A DNA stretch of 64,000 bases from Camelus ferus (lineage: Eukaryota): assembly GCF_009834535.1 (NCBI RefSeq), contig NC_045697.1, positions 39,372,001 through 39,436,000 on the forward strand, in the 5' to 3' direction. The notes below the pieces were generated by a model. The model had not been told where the DNA came from. It ran no database searches and worked only from the letters and a program-made list of their open reading frames with translations. The position numbers and the translations under genes are program-made. Below, piece by piece: positions 1-12,959 of this stretch (positions are counted from its first letter, which is position 1; every line of letters begins with the position of its first letter).

Positions 1-679
1 AAGTAAGTTATAGCACAAAAGATACTCAACTTTTTAATCAATACTGTGAATCTCCATCTCCCTGAAATCACAGTTAAAATCTCTTTTATTTCACTAATCA
101 GTGATACTTGAATTTAATGTTCTTCACCAAGAGCCTTGTATTGTACTGAAATAGACCTAACACATTGTTCTAACTCAACCATAAAACAAGATCAGATAAT
201 GAGGTCTAGCATTCTGCTGGCTTGTGTGAGTCACATATTTTCCAGTAAATGGAAAATCAAACGCCATTTCTGAAGAGCTACAGAAGGGAAAGGGCAGAGC
301 TTGATTAGAAAAGCCCTGAGCCCAAAGACTATATGTGAAATGTCATGAAATTCATTTGCTATTACATTTCAGTTATTATTTGAGCAACACAAAGACAGCT
401 AATTTCATCTCATGGTCTCTAATGTCATGCTGGAAGGAATGTATACTAATCAGAGATAAAATTCACCAGCCAGGAGTTCAGAGCCAGGTACCACTGACTC
501 CGTTAGAGGATGAAATATCTAAGGAGAGACCTCTGTCCCCATCCACAATCCTGATGCCTGTGCGAAAGGGCTTAAGCAGGAGGCATCTAACATAGTTACA
601 CTGTAAGTTGCTAATTAAAAATTTTTTTTGTTTCTTTAAATATATTCTGGGCTCCAGCCTCTAATTAAAAGTTGATCTG

Positions 680-1490
680 AGTATTTTATTTAGCATCTCC
701 CCTGAGCTAGATGCTGTTCTAAGTATTTTAACATTAACTCATTTACACCTCCCAGCAACCCAGTTTGCTAAATACTGCTATCATGATCCCCAGTTTACAA
801 ATGAAATATTGAGCCCCTGGTATTTTAAGTCATCTGCCCAAGTCCACAAGAAATGACAGAGGGGAATTTGAACCCAAGAAGTCTGGCTCCAGAGCCCAGA
901 GCACATGCACTTACCTGTAAAGCACACTGACTGTCAGCTACTTTTCATATTTGATCTCTCCAGCACATTTTCCACATACAGTTTATAATATGTCACTTAC
1001 ATTCTCATTTGGTGCCTGGTGCTATGCTAAGCTCTGTATGTGATTAATGGCCTTTTTTTCCCATTAACCCTATGAGATAAGACTATATGTAACTGAGGAG
1101 GAAACAGGCTCAGAAAGGCATGGTGCTTTGTCCATTATTACCCTGCCGGTGGGTGACAGAGATGAGACCCATCCCAGGTCCCGCTCTATCCAAAGCCCAC
1201 AGTGTACCAACTCCACTAACAAGTTTTGCTGGTAATCTTTAAGAAAGGGGCCAACGAATCCTTTTGTGTGAAGGGACAGGATAAATGCCCAAACTTTAGG
1301 CCAACTATGCTTTCTCTATGAATCTTGACAATGACATAGTTCTAGAGCAGGAAGGGCCTTGACACTACCTAAGCCCCAGGCCCCCTCCTTTCACTGACGA
1401 GGGCCTGAAGCCCAGAGAGGTTCAACAGCTCTCTCAGAGTCACTGAGATGCTAAGCCAGGACCACTGCCAGCTGAAGCTTTGTTCCAGAA
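680..1490. mobile_element. Cluster of about 3 decayed MIR SINE fragments
   Basis: MIR core-like motifs such as 'gaatttgaacccaagaagtctggctccagagccc', 'gaggaggaaacaggctcagaaagg' and 'ctgaagcccagagagg'. Confidence 0.7.
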
Positions 1491-3569
1491 CTCCATGGCA
1501 CTTTCTGGGCAAGGTGCATCCCAATTCATAGAGCAATTTTTATTGTAAGTGGATACAACTGTATCTATTTCTAAAACACTTTTATTATCTGCATGGAGCT
1601 CAGTAAGTCTCCTTCCTTTGCTAAAATGATCCTTTCTGGCTGTATTACAGTAGCTTAAAGGTCACTTTATTCATTTGCTGAAACATTTTAAATGACTGGA
1701 CAAAAATACTTATGTTTACACTGCTTCCTGATTTTTTTAATGCCTCTTCTGGGTTTAAAAAAAATTCATTTGCAGTCCTATTCATCTGTAAAGGTACTGT
1801 CTCATTAAAGGAAAAAAGATAGTTTCCTTAAACAAAAGCCCATAAATCCTTCATGCTTTTAGTTGTGATTTTTAATTTAACAAAAGAAAGAAGAGCTTTT
1901 AACTTGAGACGATTACCTCTTTTTTTCTTTTCATTGCGTGATCCAAGTTCATTTCTGTGCCAGTTCCCTGCGTACCTCTACGTCGTCGCTCCTCCCTGCA
2001 TGTATCCTTTGTGATGCTAAGGTTGTTGCCCCCTAGTTCACAGTCATTTCTGGGCCATCTGCCATGTTCTTCCTTATGTTGACCCCGTGTTCTTGCCTGG
2101 GTCGGGTGAGTGATGCGGGAAGGTGCCTGCTCCTTTTCTCAGCGCGGAGATGTCTCCAGTCCTTCAGCAGTAAACAAAGATGGGAACAGCAGCAATGGCA
2201 GGTCTATGGCAACTGTAACAGGGAGAGACAAAATCCCCCGGTGGACTCCCTGATCACTTCCCCCATTTTCTAAGACTGAAGACCACAGATCTGATGCTCC
2301 TTTCTGACAGTCTGGTTTATTATGACTGGAACAGTGGAGTTTATGTTGATCGTCTGAAGAGGTCACAGTTTAAGTTTAGGTGGTATTAAAACGTTTGAAT
2401 CCCCAGATGCCAAAATGACAGAGAGACACTGGAAGGGGCTAGGTTGGGGAGGGGTGGGGAGGTTGGGAAAAAGGGTCAGTGGATAAATGGGAGGAATTTC
2501 TCAGGGCAAAGGACTCAGTTATTTGTGCACAGATGTAGGAAAATGAAGATGTGACTGCTCAAAAAGAAGGAGGTGGGGTGGGGATAGAGGGCACCACATC
2601 ACTACTCGAGGCCAGTGGTCCCATCTGCTTCTGCATCTGGGAGGTGCCTGGGGAGCTCGCTGGTGCCCCTCTGTCTCCCATCGCTGAGCCGGGCCCAGGG
2701 GAGCAGATGCTTCTCCCCTGGGCCCAGCACCAGGCAGAGGAGGGCTGGAGGGCATGGGAGGTTCTGTTCCCTTTGGTGTTTTATAAGTGAACTTGGCTCT
2801 GGATGACTTTCTGTCTTCAGTGCGTCTCTGACTGCCTAAAGTGGGATGGGCGGGGCCATCAATCAGATGGCATTTGTCATTGTCACAAATTACCAGCACA
2901 GCACCTCACAAGAGGAGCCTTGTGTTCCCTCTGCAGAGGTGTCCTCATTTAGGAAATGTGAACTGAAGTAACCTCGCCGGATAAAGTTCTCACGTACAAC
3001 AGATATCTGATCCTTTTTGGCTTTTTTAAAACTTCAGGGAGCCTTTTTTCCCCTCCTTCTTCACCCGTTCTTGCCTATTACTAAGTAATTGAGACTTTTG
3101 AAATGTCATTGTCAGCATTTTCAGGCTATGATTTTCCTGTCTGATTAACAAAGACCTCTTGTACTTCTCTGCCTGCTTTCAGAAAGGTGAGTGCACTTGA
3201 TTTATCCTTGATGTTCACATGTAGCTTGCAACCTCAACCTCCCACTGCTGACTTTCTGAACTTGACCTTGGGATGGTCTGGAAATGGAATGTGTTTGTTT
3301 AGATAAGCTGGTGATAAGCACCTTTGTGTTGTGTTGGTCCTATTGAGAACATTCATGTACAAGCTGGATACTTTCTCCTGCATCTCTATAATTTTTTATG
3401 TTTTTATTGAAAAATAAATTTTTTATTTTATTTCTCTTTCATCCTTCAGACTTCTCACATTTTAACATTCACCAAATGGTCTTCTTGCTTTAGTTGGAAG
3501 CTAAACACTGGCAAAGAATAGCCAACAACTGGAAATTCTGACTGAAACTAATGTCTGGAATACTTTAGG

Positions 3570-4430
3570 ATAATAACAGCTCACTTCTTTGAGTACTTAC
3601 TATTCAAAGTCAATGAGATGAAGTTTTACATTTACTGTCTCATCTAATCCTCACAACACCATGAGGTGGGCAGCCCATCTTCCAAATGAAAAACCAATGC
3701 TCACAGACTATCTTTTGCTTATAGTAACCACACAAGTACCACGTGAGGGTGTAAGATTCAAATATAAACCTGATTCCAAAGCTTTTTGCTGCACAGCACA
3801 TGATCCTGCCTCAAGTAAAATGTAGTTTAATAAAATCTTAGGCCTATAAAAAAGGGAATTCCATAGTAAAATGTGTCCTTTCCTCACCCAGCAATGTCCC
3901 CTTTCTGAGGGGAGAACTGAAAATGTGAATTGGCAAGTTTTCACACTTTGCTAAATAAGATGATCAGATTAAAGAATTACAGAAAATCATGTTGAAAGTT
4001 CAGTCTCTTCTGGGTATTATAGATATTCAGGGGCAGCTTCAAGAGCCATGGGAACTAAGGGCTCTTCTGTTTAACTGAATAATTAACCACTTCCTGCCAG
4101 TTGGATTTAGCCTGTGTAGAAAATGCAGGCACTGAAGGAAAGACACTTGCTCCCCTAAGGCACACTTTTTCTTGCCCAGTCCCTTGGCTTCTAAGAACAC
4201 CTGTGTGATGTCTGGTGAGTGTGAGTGTGGCACTGGAATGGGAGGAGAAAGGACACGGAGGATTCATCACATCTCACCTGTGCTGTGCACTGTTTTCCAC
4301 ATGTTCTCTCAAACTCCACATCAACACCAGGAGCTAAGTGATGTCCCGCTTTTCCAGTTGAAGAAACCCAGGCTCAGAGACGTCAAGTAGCTTCTAAGTG
4401 GCAGCACTGGGACCCCCACCTAGGGTTATC
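3570..4430. mobile_element. Two MIR fragments (~3570-3800 and ~4270-4430)
   Basis: 'tctcatctaatcctcacaacaccatgaggtggg' and 'gaagaaacccaggctcagaga' resemble the MIR core. Confidence 0.65.
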
Positions 4431-5729
4431 TGCTGTTAATGGAATAAATAAGTAAATAGGCAATATAATTCATAACATATGATTTTCCATCAGTACTTAC
4501 ACAAGATTTTCAGAATGGAAGATCCATAGTATCAGGCAAAGTTTCACAGACTTTCATTTGACATAAGGAGGCCATGCTTAATTAATTTTTAAAAATTCAT
4601 TACCTAGTTTTCTAACATAATAGTTTGCTGTTAAGGCCCTGAAGACCCTTGTTTGAGCTTTAATTAAACATTTACTTGAAACACAAGCAGAAGACATTAA
4701 GCTTGGCCCTGAAAATTACAAACTGAAACACCACCCAAAATGTTGTTATGAACCAGGCTGTTTGTTTTGGGGTGGTGTTAACATTTATAAACCACTTGCA
4801 GATAAAAAGAAACCCCGTTATGTAGGACAACACTGAAGTAGGTGCAGCCGAGATTCCCACACTTCCTGTCTATTTCCAGTAAACGAAGTCCCCGGTTCAT
4901 TCATGTGGTGCTTGATAGTTTGCAGAAGTCATTCCCACCCAAACCTCAAGCACACAGGGACAAAATAATTGCCAGTTTCAAGAACAAAGGAGCAGTTTGA
5001 AACCATCAGTTTGAGAGTGGACTTGTTATATCAAAGAGTTCCTACTGGCCAAGTTTCTAGACGAGACAAAGGCTCCAGAAGGAGATAGAAAGTATGTATT
5101 TCATGTTACTAGGTCATTCCAAAATTCGTCATTAGGTTTTGGAAGGTAACAAAAGTTGATTTTCTGTCCCCATTTTTTGTTATATATGTCTGTTATAAAA
5201 GGAAGCAATTTTGCTATGTCTAGGGTTATTTCTCTTGAATTCTCCTCAGCTATACTTACGAACTTAATAGTAAATGTGTCAGGAGAAAAAGGCTCAGAAA
5301 AAGGCATGAGGACAGTTATAATCCTAATTCTTTCAAATGTAAGATATGATCGTATCCTCGAATGTCACAAATATGACCATCATAACACCCCCCCGCAGGA
5401 TCTTCTCGCTTCTGTCTCTGACTGTAATGGGGGTGAGCCCCTGTGGATTCAGTTCAATTTTGTAAGTCTGTGGATTTTTAAATCAGAGGTTCTGCCTGCT
5501 AAATTCAGGAAATGATTCTGAGAAGAAGAGTTGGTAAGTAGTGATGTTTTTCCTCTGGCGTTTCTGTCGTTATCCTGGGATTGGCTTGTTAGATATCTAT
5601 GCTATTACTCCTGCCTCCTTTCATGCCACAGAGTCTAGACGATGCAACTAAAGATTACATTTACAGTGAACTAAGTCTGGAAAATAAGAAAATCTTGAAT
5701 TAACACTCAGACTATATACATATACTTTA

Positions 5730-7370
5730 AAAAATACATTATAAGTAATAAACAGTGAAAAATCGCCCTCCAGTCCTTGTCTACATCCACCTAATCAGTT
5801 ACCTCTGTAAATAATTTATTCTTTATGTTTTCAGAACTTCCTTATGCATAAGCAAGAAAATACAAATCTATATTCATATTTCTACCTTTTTATATAAAAG
5901 GTAACATACAATGCACAGTGTATTACCTTAGATTCTTTTCTTTTCAACATTCAAGGGGCTTGAACGTTCTCTTTTGAAGCTTCATTACGTAGCTACCATA
6001 ATTTATTTAGGTAGTGTCCTACTGACGGACATTTAGGGTATTCCCAATCTTTTGCCTTTACAAACTCTCTGCAATGAATAATCTTGCATACGTCTTTTTG
6101 AATGTGTGCAAATATATGTGACAGGTATATTGCTAGATGTCAAATCCCTGGATCAAAGGATTACATTTATAATTTAGATATAACCTCCAAATTGCCCTTA
6201 GTGTGGCCGGTAACAATGTGTTATTAAACGTTCGTATTTGTAACAATCTAATAAATGGGAAGACAGTGTCAGTTTGTTTTAATTTGCATTTCTCTTATTG
6301 TGAGTAAATGAAGTTGAGCATATTTTATTTGCTTAAAAGTTGCTTGTGTTAATTTTCCTGTAAATTCTATTATCTTTAAATCTTTTGTTCATTTTTATTG
6401 GATTTTGGTCTTCTCATCTATTTCCAGAATTTCTGTGTCTATTAGGGAAATTAACCATCTGCTTTGTGAATTACATATGCTTTTATTTGTCACCCTTTGG
6501 TTTTTGATTCTGCTTATGATATTTTCTCATACACATTTATTTTTTTTTCTGGTTTTATTGTATAGAATTATTACAGTTCAACTACACATACACATTATAT
6601 TGCATGTAAATAAATACATGTAAACAGTATATTGTACTTTTTTAGTTTTCATATATGTACTAATTATTGTTTCTAAGAACAGATTAGATCTTTAGCTTTT
6701 TAAACTTGCATAACTATCAAAGGAATAAAGCCAAGTACAAAATGAGAATCAACAGAATGCAATAATCCAGTCATAAAGGACAGTCAAATGTGTTTACACA
6801 TATTTAAGAAATCAAAATAATAATTAGTTCATTCGTGTCATTATTGTTGTATTATGTTTTAGATTCTTTATATAAATGATGTCATATGGCATTTTTCTTT
6901 CTCTTTCCGGCCCACTTCACTTTGAATGACAGTCTTCAGGTCCATCCATATTGCTGCAAATGGCATATTTTATTCTTTTTTATGGCTGAGTAGTGTTCTA
7001 TTGTATATATGTACCACATCTTCTTTATCCAGTCATCTGTTGATGGACATTTGGGTTTTTTCCATGTCTTGGCTATTGTAAATAGTGCTGCTGTGAAAAC
7101 TGGGGTGCATGTGTCTTTTTGAATTTTATTTTTCTCTGGATATATGCCCAGGAGTAGGATTGCTGGATCACATGGTAAGTCTATTTTTGGTTTTTAAGGA
7201 ACATCCATACTGTCCTCCGTAGTGGCTGCACCAATCTACATTCCCAACAACAGTGTAGGAGGGTTCCCATATTTGTTTTTTTGTAGTTAATTTTCTAAAT
7301 CTTTTATTTTATGGTTCTATATTGTGAATCATAGTTAGAAAGACCCTCCTTCCTCCAAGGTAACAAAATA
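5730..7370 (-). mobile_element. Old L1 (L1ME-like) 3' region, interrupted by a younger L1 at 6540-7267
   Basis: Antisense L1 3' motifs ('gttttaatttgcatttctcttatt...gttgagcatatttt'). The element resumes after 7270 ('atagttagaaagaccctccttcctccaagg'). Confidence 0.65.
6540..7267 (-). mobile_element. Younger L1 3' fragment with an atypical 3' tail
   Basis: 6823-7267 is clear antisense L1 ORF2-end/3'UTR ('ccatccatattgctgcaaatggc', 'ggattgctggatcacatgg'). 6540-6822 is a non-canonical tail ending in AATAAA plus poly(A). Imperfect TSD cacatttattttttt (6532) / catatttgttttttt (7268). Confidence 0.8.
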
Positions 7371-10019
7371 GACATATTAGTTACATATTTGCAGTAAAAT
7401 TACATACCAAATAGCACAAAAGGCCAAATTGGACATATAACAATATGAAAAAGAGTTTGAACAATAAGAATATTAGTATGGTGTATACTGTGTACTATGT
7501 TAAGTACCATCCCCAATTTCCTTTGTTTTCAAAGTTTAGTTTTGTTCATAATTCAGTGTTGTGTAACTTAAATAGTATATATAGACACAAAAGAGAAAAA
7601 GATGGAACAATGCACATAATAACATTCAAAAAAAAGTTGCTAGTTTAGTAATTTATGAAATAACAGTGGTACCCTGAAATTCCACTATCGACCTTCATAG
7701 TAAAATTCAAAAGTGAAAAAACAATAATAAAATTATTTAGCACATTATCCTCCATTCCTATGGATTTGAGCTTATCAGCTTCATTTTAATATTAGAGTTT
7801 CCAGTTGCTATGCATTTTTACATAATGATACAGAAGAGTATTATTTCTCAGAGCTTTTTTGTTTGTTTTTAGTGTAGGTTAGAAATATTCAAGACAATAG
7901 GGCCTGTACCTCTCTAGCAGCCACTTACTGGAGTTAGAACATGCCAATGTTGGTTTTCTTTGTGACTCTTACACAATCTGTAAAAAAAGATTTGTAGTGA
8001 TTTAAAAAACCTAATGTCAAAAGAGGCCAGTTGAATGCTTGACGTCAGTACTCACCAATAGTCACAAACAGTTCACATCTTCACAGGCGGGGCTGCACTG
8101 GGACTCTGAAATCGGTCCACGATTCCATTTGCGTTGGTCAGTACAACGCCAGGCTGGTATTTTAAATATCGTTTCTGCTCACAGGGGAAAGAAAGCTCTT
8201 TGGTAACTATGGGTCCAGGCTGTGGCCTTCAGCTTCACAGGACTATTTATTCCTAAATCTTTCAATAATGTAGGTAGAAATCATCTCTTAGGGTAGGGCA
8301 TCTCTGCAGATAGCAGAACTAAAAAAAAAAAGAAATTAAATTTTAAAAAGCAACTTCAATCTTTTCTTAACTTTGAGCTCCATAAGAGTGTCCTTTGGTA
8401 GCTCTATTGAGAATATATCTGTTCTCAAATCTGCTTGGCCAATATAGATTTTCTACATTGCAACAGCCTGCAATAATTACATATAACTATGTATCTTTAA
8501 ATATACCTAAGTTATCATAATCGTCCTAGATATGTTTAATCATCATCTATTATAATATAGTAAATTAAATTAAATGCATTGGTCTTGCTATCCTAAAGTT
8601 GGTACCACTGTTAGTTCAATGTGAGCTCATGTCGTCGTTTATTGGGGTATTGGAACCAACTGAGAGACAGACACAGGAATCATGCAGGGAGAGAGGAATA
8701 CTGTGCTATGACAGGCAACTGAAACAGGTTAATTAACACTCTGCCTGTACCTACCATAGTCTAGACTAATAACTTTCCCAGTCATAGTGCACTTTTATAG
8801 ACTTTAGGCCATTGCATTCTTTAAGCAACACTTTGAGGTAAGTTTTCCATCCTCAGTTGAAAAATATGAAAACAAAGTCACTGGGCCAAAGGCATTTTAC
8901 AGGGTTTATAGTGACTTTAAAGGACACAAGTACTCAGATTCCAAACTCAATGGCCTTTTCAAGGTCATTTTACAAATTTATTTCCTGCTTAACTAGTTGA
9001 CCTTCCCACGTGGGGGCAGGGAAAGTATCGAACCAAAAATAAGAAAGACAATATGATTTACAATATTACCTTAAAATTTAGAATGTAAAGCAATCCACAA
9101 ATACCATCTTTCATGAGACTAAGACAAGCCTTTAAAGGTTTTGGCTATATTGACCATATTAACTACCCTTTCCCCCTAGCTTTCTTCTTTACAAGAAACA
9201 AGAAAAGTTAACTAGAATGAAGATAAGCTATTATTAATTAAAGAAAAATAGGCAAGAGTCTGACTTGAAATGAATTGATACATACCTCACCTATTTATTA
9301 AAACATAAGAAGTACCTGGTGGAATTGGACAATCAGTGACCCATCTGTCCTTTAATTTTGCCTGTGACAGTAGCTCCAAAGGATATTTAGTACCTCTGTT
9401 ATATAACACTGTCCTCAGAGATTGGAGATACTACAGCACATTAAAAATCTATCATCTAGGAATCTATATAAATGTGTCTAAAAATATGTGTATATTATAT
9501 TTTAGTTCTAGTGTCTATAAGCTCTGGTGGTAACAAATTCTATATCCTTATTAACAGCATACATAGACATAGCTATAGAGATATATGATTTATTTTACTT
9601 GTATTTAAACTATCTTCTTCACCATTAAGGAACTCCAAATGCCTATATTCTAGAATTTTTTTAAGCAATTACAGATTTACTGTAATCTCATTTTTCAGGG
9701 TTTTATACATGTGATCATAGTTTCTCTCTGCCTTCATCTTTCCATACTGAAGCATCCTCATTTTTTAAAGAGCAAAAATATCCATTTAGACCAGGAGGTG
9801 GGCACCAGAAATACCACCAACAACCATCCCTGAATCTGAAGATTCAGTGGGATGGAGTCCTGGGTCTTCTACTCAATAACTATTATTTTCACTTTTTATC
9901 TTAGCTTCTAGATATACCCTACATAGTATTGAGTTGGGTCACTGCTCATAAATTTTGATACCACGTATAAATTTGGTAATTTCCGTTACCTCCAAGTTAT
10001 TTGTTTAAAGATTAAATTA

Positions 10020-11010
10020 AGAAGGACATCAAGAAAGTGAAAAGACAATCCATAGAATGAAATAAAATACTGTCATGTTGTATATCTGATAAGGAACTTG
10101 AATTCAGAATATATTAAGAACATTTAAAACACAATATTGAAAAGACAAATAAATCAGAAAGTGGGCAAAAAAAGAAAAAAAAACAGAATAGACATTTCTC
10201 CAAAGTAAATATACAGATGGTCGATAAGTACATGAAAAAATGCTCAACATCATTAGCCGCTGGGGAAATGCAAATCAAAAGCACAATGACATACTGCTTC
10301 ACACCCCTAGGATGGCTGAAATAAAGACACACAGTAACAAGTCTTGGTGAGGATACAAGGACATTGGAAGTCTTATACTTTGCTGGTAGGAATGTAAAAT
10401 GTTACAGCCACCTTGGAAGAGTTTACCAGTTCCTCAAAAAGCTAAACAAAGGACACCATAAGCCCAGCAATTCCATTCCTGGGTATATGTCCAAGATAAT
10501 TTAAATGTCTGTACATACAGACCACAAAACCTGTGCACAATTGTTCATAGTAGCATTATTCAGAATAACCATTTAGTAAAAACAACCCAAATGTCTATCA
10601 ACTGATGAATGGATAAATTCAATATGATATATCCATACAATTGAGTATTTTTGACAATAAAAATGAAATGATGCTGCATCATGTGTGAATCTTGAAAACG
10701 TTATGTTAAATGAAAGAAACAAGTCCAAAAATCACAAGACGTATGATTTCATTTATAGGAAAGGTCCATGTTAGGCAAGTCCATAAGATAGTGCTTCAGT
10801 GGTTGCCAGGGACTAGGGAGGAAGAGGAATCAGTGATGGCTAATGAGTATTTTTTTGAGAGGTGGGGTATTAATGAACGTGTTCTAAAATTAAACAATGA
10901 TGATGGTTGCAAAACTGTGTGAATGTACTTAAAAACACTGAATCATACACTTTTAAAGTGTGAATTTTATGATCTGTAACTTGTATCTCAATAAAGCTGT
11001 CATAAAAATT
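10020..11010 (+). mobile_element. L1 3' end (L1MB/MC-like)
   Basis: ORF2 C-terminal remnants ('tgctcaacatcattagcc...gaaatgcaaatcaaaa', 'cccagcaattccattcctgggtata') and a terminal 'tatctcaataaagctg'. Confidence 0.9.
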
Positions 11011-11329
11011 TATATACTAAATAAGGCTATTCTCAATACCAGTTTCTGAAATACTATTAATTACTCTCCATTTGTTTCCTATTGTCAATCTAGTAACTTC
11101 TATAAGAAAAAGAATTGTTTCCTAAACTAGACTAATTTGGAATTTCCCATCAGGCATAGTTCTGCCTAAGTTTAGTACCAGCAGCAAGAAGAGCATAATA
11201 TCACAGGAGTACCTGAAGCTCAGCGTGAGGCATGTTTCTGCCTGCACATGTTTACTTTCTGGTCCAAGCTAATGGGACCCTTTCTGAACCAAATACCATA
11301 GATTCCTTACCCTAAAAATGGAGATTCTG

Positions 11330-11900
11330 TGGGAGCAACCCAAGAGCCCATCAACATAACGAATGAATGAAGATGTGGTGTATCTATATATCTGTATATC
11401 TCTATCTGTCTGTCTGTCTATCTATCTATCTAACTATGTATCTATCTATCTATATGGAATGTTACTCAGCCATAAAAAAGAATGAAATTCTGCCATTTGC
11501 AGTAACATAGATGCACCTAGAGAATATCATGCTTAGCGAAATGTCAGACAGAGAAAGACAAATACTGTATGATATCATTTATATGTGGAATCTAAAAAAT
11601 AAAACAAACATCTGTCTGTGCAAAACAGAAGCAGACTCACAGACACAGAAAACAAACTAGTGGTTACCAAAGGGGAGAGGGAAGGGAGGCAGGGCATGAC
11701 AGGAGTATGGATTTAGAGATACAGACTACTATGTATACACTAGATAAACAACAAGGATATAGTGTACAGCACTGGGAATTGCAGCCATTATTTTGTCACA
11801 AATTTTAATGGAGTGTAATCTATAAAAATATTGAATCCCTATGCTATACACCTGAAACTAATATAATATTGTAAATCAACTATACTTCAATTTTTAAAAA
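11330..11900 (+). mobile_element. L1 3' end (artiodactyl/L1MA-like)
   Basis: 'tactcagccataaaaaagaatgaaattctgccatttgca' through 'gtaaatcaactatacttcaat' plus an A tail. Confidence 0.9.
11390..11455. repeat. Imperfect (TCTA/TCTG)n microsatellite
   Basis: tctatctgtctgtctgtctatctatctatc... within the L1. Confidence 0.9.
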
Positions 11901-12959
11901 TAGAATTACAGAAAAAGGAGAATAGATTAATCTAGTAGCAATGATAATAGTAAAATAAAATGGGGGGGGGGGGAGAAGGGAATTAAATGTAAATTAAAAA
12001 GCCAAGCAAGAGACAAATGTAGAAGTTGAATTTACAACTCAAGCAGTAGAAAAAGACCTGTGTTGCCTTCAGGATTATGTTTCAGGCCTCTTTTTCTCTA
12101 AAAGAGAAACCAGTCACAGAGACTATAAAGTTTTCCCCAGATCCCATAGTTAATCAGTAACAGAGGTGGATCTACTACCCAAGTTTCTTGATCTCTAATC
12201 CAGTTTATTTTTGGTCCCACTATCATTTAAACATTTAGCTCCTCTGTCTTCTTGTATATAAAATGAGGATAAAAATAACTTTCCCATGGCTTTCTTTTAA
12301 GAATTAAACAACATGTGAAAGCAGTTATCACAGTGGCTGGCACATTATTAGAGCTTCAGAAGTATCTGTGCAATGAACAAATGAGCATGTGAGTAAATCA
12401 ATGAACATTTGGTTTTTTTCCTTTCCTTTCCCTTAGGCATCAGCTCAAACTTCCTCCTTCCCCAGTTTCAAATAAAGAAGAAGCATGAACATATCTTCAT
12501 AGGTGGGAAGAAAATCCAGGTATTATTTATTCTTTTTTTCCAAATATATTAAATGATTTGTTTAAGGTCCCAGTTATCAAGTAGTTTAAGGGAAAATTTA
12601 CCTGATTTCAATATCCTTACACTTTCCCCCATTAAACTAACCTCCATCTCTTTAAGATTTTAGAGAAGTTTAAATTGTGCCTCTTTTTAGTCAAGGACTA
12701 GATTTGTTGTAAATTATAGACATTTTTGAGCTGGAATCATTTGTTCTGTAAATTTGAGCTGAAAGGAAACCAGTAGAGCTGGGCTAGGTCTTGGATACCC
12801 ATTTCTCCACTGAGGACGTAGCTGAAAAAGCGTTAATGTTGAAACGTTGCTTCTCCAGTACTGGGCAAACATATTCATGGTATATCTACATTTTGTTTTT
12901 CCAATGTAATTTGTGTTTCTCCCATCGTATAAGTAGAAAAGTTACCTGATTAACGTGAC

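Noticed and set aside
905..945. Minus-strand TTTACAG|GTAAGT, recursive-site-like
   Set aside because: Pyrimidine tract is very short, with AG dinucleotides just upstream, and it adjoins a MIR; not enough support.
5399..5533. + strand exon candidate (ccccgcag ... TTG|GTAAGT)
   Set aside because: Weak acceptor, no coding signal and no independent support.
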